NCBI GenBank assembly: GCA_963716745.1
Contig: OY970320.1
Coordinates: forward strand, 256,001 to 320,000
Direction of reading: 5' to 3'
Origin: an uncultured Gemmatimonadaceae bacterium
GTDB taxonomy: Bacteria; Gemmatimonadota; Gemmatimonadetes; Gemmatimonadales; Gemmatimonadaceae
DNA: 64,000 nt
This document shows, in pieces, positions 57,392-64,000 of the stretch (positions within the stretch are counted from its first letter, which is position 1; every line of letters begins with the position of its first letter). Both the position numbers and the translations under genes were made by a program. The notes under the pieces were generated by a model. The model had not been told where the DNA came from. It made no database searches and saw nothing but the letters and a program-made list of their open reading frames with translations.

Positions 57392-58374
57392 GCCCGCTCC
57401 ATCGTGATCGTCGTTCCGGCATCGCCACGAACGGCCTCGCGTCCGCGGCGCAACTCGGTAATGATAGCGCGGCCGCCGGTGCGCCGCACGAATTCCACCG
57501 CGGCGCGCACCTTGGGCGCCATGCTGCCCTCGCCGAACGCGCCGGCGCGGTCCAGCGCCTCCGCTTCTGCCACCGGCAGCGACCGCAGCGCGCGCTGCTT
57601 CGGCGTGCCATAGTCGGCGTACACCGCATCGACATCCGTGAGGATGAGCAGCAGCGTCGCACCCAGATCGCGCGCGAGCACGGCGGACACGAGATCCTTA
57701 TCCACCACGGCGTCCACGCCTTCGAGGCCGAGCTTCGGATCGCGATACACCGGCGCGCCGCCACCGCCGCAGGCGATCACGATCGTTCCGGCACGCACGA
57801 GCGTGTCGATCACGGCGATCTCGTGCACGGCCAACGGCGCCGGACTGCCGACGACGCGGCGCCACCGTCCCCGCGCATCCTTCTTCACCGCGGAGCCGTT
57901 CGCGAGCACGACCTTCGCCCGCTGCGCGGTCATCTCGTGGCCGATGAACTTGGTGGGGTCCTTGAGTGCCGGATCGTGCTGCGCGACCTCCACCTGCGTG
58001 ACCACCGTGGCAACGCGGCGGTCGCTGCCCGCCCGTGCGAGCGCGTTCTCGAGCGACTGCTGCACCATGTAGCCGATCCAGCCCGCGGTCGCGGCCACGA
58101 GCACGCCGAGCGGCAGCGGCGCGACCTCGGAGCGCGCCATCTCGTTGCGCACGAGCTCGTCGCCTACTTGCGGGCCGTTGCCGTGCACGACGCACAGCTT
58201 CCAGCCGTCGAGTGCGAGGTCGACAACGGGACCGAGGCTCGAGCGCGTATGCTGGAATTGATCGGCGATGGTCGAGCGCTCGCCCGCGGGCGACAGCGCG
58301 TTCCCTCCGAGCGCGACGACGGCCGTGCCGGGCGCCGGCTTCGATCTCAGAGGAGGATTTCGCGGCGTCGGCAT
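57388..58374 (-). CDS. arcC: carbamate kinase
   Basis: VALGGNAL, HGNGPQVG, PTKFIG, RRVV.SP.P, GVDAVVDKD, GSMAPKV. Confidence 0.92.
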   Translation of the reverse strand: MPTPRNPPLRSKPAPGTAVVALGGNALSPAGERSTIADQFQHTRSSLGPVVDLALDGWKLCVVHGNGPQVGDELVRNEMARSEVAPLPLGVLVAATAGWIGYMVQQSLENALARAGSDRRVATVVTQVEVAQHDPALKDPTKFIGHEMTAQRAKVVLANGSAVKKDARGRWRRVVGSPAPLAVHEIAVIDTLVRAGTIVIACGGGGAPVYRDPKLGLEGVDAVVDKDLVSAVLARDLGATLLLILTDVDAVYADYGTPKQRALRSLPVAEAEALDRAGAFGEGSMAPKVRAAVEFVRRTGGRAIITELRRGREAVRGDAGTTITMERA

Positions 58375-58383
58375 CGAGCGCGC

Positions 58384-58412
58384 AAGCTATCGGGCGCGCC
58401 GGAGCGATTCAA
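58384..58412 (-). promoter_or_regulatory. probable (near-)leaderless promoter of arcC-sucCD
   Basis: TTGAAT-N17-TAGCTT, 9 nt before ATG 58374. Confidence 0.55.
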
Positions 58413-60868
58413 GGCTGCCGCTCGCGGTGACCGAGCAGCGCGCCGAGCGCCTCGTACGCTTTCCCGAATGCCGGCCAATCGCCACGGCGCATCGCGGCGC
58501 GCATGTCGCCATACAGCGCGTTCACGCGCGCGCGGAATGCGGCCGGCGTGGACGGCATGCTGTCCGCGACGATCGGCGGTGCGCCGAGCGCGAGGCTCAC
58601 GCTGCGAGCCGACGCGACCGCGCTGCCGTCGGTGAGCGCCGCGCGCAGGAGCGTGGGCGCCGCGTCGGCGCGCCATCCGTACGCGGACTGTTCGAACAGC
58701 GCACCGCCCGCCACCGGCACGGCGCGCACCGCCCCTCGCGTGACGCGCACACCCGTGACGGGCGAGAGCGCGCTATCGAGCGCGCTCTTGAGCTGCCCCG
58801 TGATCGTGGACCACCGCGCGCCAGCCCCGGCGAGCGGCATCCAATACGTGGCGCGCTCTTCGCCTCCCGTCGCGATGGCGATGCCCGACAGATGCTCGTT
58901 CGCATCGAGCAACGGAACGGACCATGCAGTGATCTGCCCCTGAGGAAGGAGGTACGATCCATCGCGGTGCGCCGCCGGGATAGAGTCGGCGAGCGCAGGC
59001 GGCAGGTCGCCGCCCGGCGGCGATTCGCCGCGCCGGCCGTAGCGCGCGAGCATCCGCGCCTGCACGCGCGCGCCGTCGGCCTCGGGCGGCAATGCCGCGA
59101 GGAGCGCGCGCGGCACGCCGGTGCGATCGGCGAAGAGCGACGGGAACATCGTCACCCAACTCTTCGCCAGCGGGTCGAGGACCGCGTCCGCGAGAAGCAG
59201 CACGCGTCCCGTGTGTGCATTCACGACTGCGGTCGCCGCGTGGTGAATGAAACTGAACTCGCCATCGCCGAGTGAGTCGCGGCGGCTGAGCGGGTACGTC
59301 TCGCTCACGGAATACAGGTCGAGCGCCCAGTAGAGCGAGTCCGCCACGAACATCGGCGCCACCGCCGTGCCCTGCTGGAAGAACGGGGCGAGCGCATCGA
59401 CGCGTTCGCGCACGTCGCGGAGCACGATCGCCTGCGGCCGCGGACCGGGCAGCTCCGCGCTGATCAAGCCGAGCCGCTGTCGGCTCCACGCGAATGCGAT
59501 CCGCGCGCCCGCGGTCGTGAGCGCGGGCGCCGGGATCACACCGAACGTATCCGCCATCACGAGCATGTCATCCGGCGCGCCCTCGTACACGAGCACACTC
59601 GGCAGCAACTCGTCCCCGCCGCTGTCGTCGGCGGCGATGAGATCGCCGCCGCCATCGGCGAACGACGCCAGGAAGCTGGTGAACGTCCACGTGGCCGCGG
59701 CGCTGTCCCGTGGAGGCGGCGGCGACCGCACCGGCACGACTGCGACAAGCGCGCCGCGCCGCGCCGTCCAACCGACCGACGCCACCTCTCCGTGCCGCCG
59801 CCGCGACGCCGCGTGCACGAGCACCGAGGGATCCCACGCCGATACCGAGACCGCGGCCGCGCGCGGCGATCCGAAGCGCAACGACGCGTCCGCGGCACGT
59901 ATGCGGTCCACCGCGAAGGCCCGCCGCGAGTATTCGGCCCGCTCGCGCTGGTACGGTTGATCGCGCATCCCCGCGTCGGCGATCACCGCCGAGCGCTGCA
60001 CGAGGATCGGGGCGAGCGACCGGATGCTCACGCCGATCAGCAGCAGCACCGAGAGCGCGCCCACAGCGAAGCGCGACTGCCCCATCCAGCCAAGCACCAG
60101 CAACAAGAACGCGGCGCCGAGAGAGATGAGCGACAGCACGCCAGCGGCGGGTATGAGTGCCTTGTGATCCACATAGGAGAACGCGCCGCCCACGCCGCTG
60201 CCCGCGAACATCGTGCGGAACTCGTCGAGACGGAAACTCCACGCGAGGATCACGAGGAGCACGGCGCCGAGCACGAGCAGATGGCGGCGCACATACTGCG
60301 AAAGACGAAGGCGGCCCGCCTCCCATCGCAGTCCGGGAGTGAGCGCGTACAGGAACACGACGAGCGCCACCGTCATGAGCACCGTGAGCATCGACGTCAG
60401 GTACAGCGACGTCTCGAACGGCAGCTTGTAGACGTAGAATCCCAGGTCGTTCTCGAGATACGGATCCGCCTCGCCGAACGGGATCCCATGCTGGTACATC
60501 GCGAGCTGTTGCCAGGTCTCGACGGGCAGCGCGAGGAGCCAGCCGAAGAGCACGGCAAGCAACGCCGCCGTGAGCACCATCGTCCGCCCCGGGACCTCCT
60601 CGCCGATCTCGATGTTCGCGACCCGTCGCGGCAGCACGAGCTTCACGACGCTCTGCCGCACGCCGTACAAGTTCAGGAATACGAACAGGCCTGCCGCGAG
60701 CCCCGACCCGACGCGCGTGACGGCACCCAGCCAGACGCGCTCGCGCCAGAGCGCGCCTGCGCCAAGCGAGGCATACCAGAGTCCATCGGCATAGTCGCCG
60801 GCGATGGCGCGTCCGGCCAGGAGCACGCACGCGGCGATCAGGAGGCCGAGTACCCAGCGGCCGCGCAT
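58409..60868 (-). CDS. UPF0182-family membrane protein
   Basis: DGLWYASLG, DPYLENDLGFYVYKLPF, RERVDALAPFF, LYWALDLY..YP, VVNAHTG, GDWPAFG. Confidence 0.85.
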   Translation of the reverse strand: MRGRWVLGLLIAACVLLAGRAIAGDYADGLWYASLGAGALWRERVWLGAVTRVGSGLAAGLFVFLNLYGVRQSVVKLVLPRRVANIEIGEEVPGRTMVLTAALLAVLFGWLLALPVETWQQLAMYQHGIPFGEADPYLENDLGFYVYKLPFETSLYLTSMLTVLMTVALVVFLYALTPGLRWEAGRLRLSQYVRRHLLVLGAVLLVILAWSFRLDEFRTMFAGSGVGGAFSYVDHKALIPAAGVLSLISLGAAFLLLVLGWMGQSRFAVGALSVLLLIGVSIRSLAPILVQRSAVIADAGMRDQPYQRERAEYSRRAFAVDRIRAADASLRFGSPRAAAVSVSAWDPSVLVHAASRRRHGEVASVGWTARRGALVAVVPVRSPPPPRDSAAATWTFTSFLASFADGGGDLIAADDSGGDELLPSVLVYEGAPDDMLVMADTFGVIPAPALTTAGARIAFAWSRQRLGLISAELPGPRPQAIVLRDVRERVDALAPFFQQGTAVAPMFVADSLYWALDLYSVSETYPLSRRDSLGDGEFSFIHHAATAVVNAHTGRVLLLADAVLDPLAKSWVTMFPSLFADRTGVPRALLAALPPEADGARVQARMLARYGRRGESPPGGDLPPALADSIPAAHRDGSYLLPQGQITAWSVPLLDANEHLSGIAIATGGEERATYWMPLAGAGARWSTITGQLKSALDSALSPVTGVRVTRGAVRAVPVAGGALFEQSAYGWRADAAPTLLRAALTDGSAVASARSVSLALGAPPIVADSMPSTPAAFRARVNALYGDMRAAMRRGDWPAFGKAYEALGALLGHRERQP

Positions 60869-60873
60869 CGTGG

Positions 60874-62247
60874 CTAGACCACGACGCCGCGCGAGCGAAG
60901 CCAGCCCTCCATCTCGCCGCGGATCGCCGCGAGATGCTGCTCCGTTCGCGCTTCGAACCGCAACACGAGGATGGGTTGTGTGTTCGAGGCCCGAATGAGC
61001 CCCCACCCGTCCCCGAAGAGCACGCGCGCACCGTCGACGCCGATCACTTCGTGCGTGCGGCGGAAATGCCGCACCGCCTCTTCCACGATCCCGAATTTGA
61101 TGTCATCGGCACAGTCGACGCGCAGCTCCGGCGTGGAAACGAACTTCGGCACGCCGGCGAGCAATTCGCTGACGCTGCGGCCGCTGGCGGCGACAATGCG
61201 CAGGATGCGCGCGGCGGCGTACAGCGCGTCATCGTGGCCGTAGAATCCCTCGCGGAAGAACATGTGGCCGGACATCTCGCCCGCGAGCGGCGCGCCGGTC
61301 TCCTTCATCTTCTCCTTGATGAGCGAGTGGCCGGTTTTCCACATGAGCGGCTCACCGCCCGCGCGCGCGATCTCCTCGGGGAGCGCCTGCGAACACTTCA
61401 CGTCGAAAATAATCTTCTGCCCTGCCCCGGTGCGCGACAGGACATCGCGCGCGTAGAGGATGAGCAGGTGATCGCCCCAGATGATCCCGCCTCTCTCGTC
61501 GATGATCCCAATGCGGTCGGCGTCGCCGTCGAATGCGATGCCGATGTCGGCGCGCTCGGACTTCACGGCGCCAATGAGATCCTGGAGGTTCTCCACCACG
61601 GTGGGATCCGGGTGGTGGTTCGGGAACGTGCCGTCGCTCTCGCAGAAGAGGCAGGTCCACGTCACACCGAGGCCGTCGAACAGCGCCGGCGCCGCGACCG
61701 TTCCCGCGCCATTGCCGCAGTCCACCACCACCTTCAACGGCCGCGCCAGCTTTCCCGTGCGCGCCAGGAGATCAGCGACGTAACGGTCGAGGATCGCTGC
61801 TTGCGAGAGTGCGCCGCGCGCCGCCGCAGCCGGACCCGCCGGCGCATTCGCCCGGCGATAGAGATCCTGGATCCCCTCGCCATAGAGCGAATCGTGACCC
61901 ACGCACAGTTTGAAGCCGTTGTACTCGCTGGGATTGTGCGAGCCGGTGATCTGGATCCCGGCCGCGACGGGCAGATTGTGCAGCGCCCAGTAGAGCATCG
62001 GCGTGGGCACGACGCCAATGTCAACGACGTCCCGGCCGCTGGCCCGCAGTCCTTCCACGAGCGCATCCCGCAGCGCGCCGCCACTCGGCCGGTTGTCGCG
62101 TCCCACGGCAACTGCGCCTACGATCTCCCGTGCGCGCAGCAGCTCCGCGAAACCGCGTCCGACCGCGGCCGCGGTGGACTCCGTGAGCTCAGCGCCGACG
62201 ACGCCGCGGATGTCGTACTGTCGGAAGATCCCCGCGTCGAGAGACAT
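60874..62247 (-). CDS. phosphomannomutase/phosphoglucomutase
   Basis: FRQYDIRG, ITGSHNP, FDGDADR, GEMSGH, RASNTQP. Confidence 0.94.
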   Translation of the reverse strand: MSLDAGIFRQYDIRGVVGAELTESTAAAVGRGFAELLRAREIVGAVAVGRDNRPSGGALRDALVEGLRASGRDVVDIGVVPTPMLYWALHNLPVAAGIQITGSHNPSEYNGFKLCVGHDSLYGEGIQDLYRRANAPAGPAAAARGALSQAAILDRYVADLLARTGKLARPLKVVVDCGNGAGTVAAPALFDGLGVTWTCLFCESDGTFPNHHPDPTVVENLQDLIGAVKSERADIGIAFDGDADRIGIIDERGGIIWGDHLLILYARDVLSRTGAGQKIIFDVKCSQALPEEIARAGGEPLMWKTGHSLIKEKMKETGAPLAGEMSGHMFFREGFYGHDDALYAAARILRIVAASGRSVSELLAGVPKFVSTPELRVDCADDIKFGIVEEAVRHFRRTHEVIGVDGARVLFGDGWGLIRASNTQPILVLRFEARTEQHLAAIRGEMEGWLRSRGVVV

Positions 62248-62293
62248 GCTGGCGTAGTGGCGCCGCGCGGCCGCGCAGAGGCGGCCGCGAGCG

Positions 62294-63817
62294 TTAGCGC
62301 GGCGCGAGCGGAGGAGCGGCGGCCGTGGGCCCCTGCAGATGCGCCGCGGAGGGCGTGCTGCGCACCGACCACACCAAGAGCCGGTCCGGCCACAGGCCGA
62401 AGACCAATATCGCGACCGCGGCGATCCCGATCACCCACCCGGTGAGGCGCGGCGTTGGACCGGCACGCGGCACATCGGGCGCGAGCGGCTTCATGAACAT
62501 CGTCACCACGATGCCCAAATAGTAGCCGGCGGACACCACGCTGGTGAGCACGAGGATCACCGCGAGCGATGTTTGCGGCACCGCTCCGGTGAGCGCGGTC
62601 TTGAGCACGTACCACTTGGCGATGAAGCCCATGCCGCCGGCGATCGGGAATCCGAGCAACGACATCATGAACACCGCCATCGCGGCGGCAAGCCACGGGT
62701 TCGACTGCCAAAGGCCTTCCAGATCGCTCACGCGCTGGCCATGCCCGCCCGGCCGGCTCACCGCCACGACGACCGCGAACGCGCCCATCGTGGCGAGGGT
62801 GTAGGCCATCATGTAGAACACGAGCGTCGAGGTCGCCGCCAGCGACGCCGAGGAGAGCGCCACGAGGAGATATCCGGCGTGGGCGATACTCGAGTACGCC
62901 AGCATGCGCTTCACGTTCTTCTGCTGCAGCGCCACGAGATTGCCGAAGATCATCGTCGCCGCAGCGAGCCACCAGATCACGGGGATCCAGCTCATGCGGA
63001 TCCCGGCGAACGCCTCTATCCAGAGGCGAATGAGCGACGCGAACGCGGCGGTCTTCACGCCCGCCGCCATGAAGGCGGTGAACGGCGTCGGCGAACCCTC
63101 GTACACATCCGGCGTCCACATGTGGAATGGCACCGCCGCGATCTTGAAGCCGAAGCCCACGACGAGCATTGCGACGCCCAGCAGCATCACCACCGAGGGC
63201 ATCCGTGCCCCGCTCAGCATTCCGCCGATCACGCTGAATTGCGTGGAACCGGTGGCACCGTACACGAGCGCGATGCCGTACAGCAGGAAGCCCGTCGCGA
63301 ACGCGCCGAGCAGGAAGTACTTGAGCGACGCTTCGGCGGCGCGCGCGCTGCGACGGTTGAGTCCCGCGAGCACGTACACGGCGATCGACATCAGCTCGAT
63401 GCCCAGGAAGACGAGCACCAGATCGCGAGCCGCCGCGAGCACCATCATTCCCGCCGCGGCAAACAGGACCATGACGTACCCTTCGCCGAGTACGATCCCA
63501 TCGCGCCGGTTCTCGTCCATGGAAAGCGCGATCGTGATCGCGGTCGCGAGCAGGATGAGCAGATCCACGACCCACCGGAAATTGTCGACTGCGATCATGC
63601 CGGGTCCGGCCGACACATCGCTCACCGCCATCCAGATCACGGTGGCGGCGGTGAGCGCGCAGAGGAGCAGCGCGAGCCGGCCCGCGAGGCGGTCACGCTC
63701 GGCGGTCTCGGCGCCCCACACCACGATCAACAGGAGCGCCATCGCACCCGCCATCAGGATGAGGTCGGGCGTGAGCGCCGCGGCCAGCTGCGAGGGGATC
63801 GAGAGGTCGAATGTCAT
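62294..63817 (-). CDS. nuoN: NADH-quinone oxidoreductase subunit N
   Basis: EASLKYFLLG, FKIAAVPFHMWTPDVYEGSP, KRMLAYSSIAHAGY. Confidence 0.96.
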   Translation of the reverse strand: MTFDLSIPSQLAAALTPDLILMAGAMALLLIVVWGAETAERDRLAGRLALLLCALTAATVIWMAVSDVSAGPGMIAVDNFRWVVDLLILLATAITIALSMDENRRDGIVLGEGYVMVLFAAAGMMVLAAARDLVLVFLGIELMSIAVYVLAGLNRRSARAAEASLKYFLLGAFATGFLLYGIALVYGATGSTQFSVIGGMLSGARMPSVVMLLGVAMLVVGFGFKIAAVPFHMWTPDVYEGSPTPFTAFMAAGVKTAAFASLIRLWIEAFAGIRMSWIPVIWWLAAATMIFGNLVALQQKNVKRMLAYSSIAHAGYLLVALSSASLAATSTLVFYMMAYTLATMGAFAVVVAVSRPGGHGQRVSDLEGLWQSNPWLAAAMAVFMMSLLGFPIAGGMGFIAKWYVLKTALTGAVPQTSLAVILVLTSVVSAGYYLGIVVTMFMKPLAPDVPRAGPTPRLTGWVIGIAAVAILVFGLWPDRLLVWSVRSTPSAAHLQGPTAAAPPLAPR

Positions 63818-64000
63818 CTAGCGCACCCCCCGCCGGCCGCTCACCGTCGGCCCGGGCGACTGCTCCACCATGCGGACGAACCTGACCGCCGCCGGCTGCA
63901 TCCGGTCGAGCACCGGCTTGGGATACAATCCGAGCCACAGGATGGTGAGCGTGAGCACGCCCATGATGGTCAGTTCGCGCCAGTTCAGGTCGCGCAGGTG
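63818..64000 (-). CDS. nuoM: NADH-quinone oxidoreductase subunit M, C-terminal fragment (cut by window edge)
   Basis: My translation HLRDLNWRELTIMGVLTLTILWLGLYPKPVLDRM...; directly upstream of nuoN. Confidence 0.85.
   Translation of the reverse strand, partial: HLRDLNWRELTIMGVLTLTILWLGLYPKPVLDRMQPAAVRFVRMVEQSPGPTVSGRRGVR

Overview
GC-rich bacterial chromosome segment made mostly of core genes. The gene content and order (lpxK, bshC, murJ, uvrC, larC, der-plsY-gpsA, surE-pcm, Kdo/Lpt-rpoN, futalosine mqn genes, fab/plsX, sucCD, nuoMN) suggest a diderm such as Gemmatimonadota; this is an inference. All genes from 1 to 22086 are on the + strand and all but one from 22325 to 64000 are on the - strand. 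A 28-bp XerCD dif-like site (22177-22204) lies exactly at this convergence, so the window probably spans the replication terminus; xerD is 22 kb away. The most unusual non-coding signal is a family of intergenic palindromic elements: 29035-29245, 41832-42034, a truncated copy at 42075-42221, and a shorter relative at 54793-54893. Their arms are built from roughly 9-bp periodic CGGAT/CAGGAT units, and the two complete long ones have GTTAAC exactly on the symmetry axis. Inverted heptamer arrays also bracket the dif region. Several genes appear to be leaderless. About 14 genes, including essential ones, are broken by apparent single-base indels, most likely long-read assembly errors. No transposase, prophage or CRISPR array was seen.
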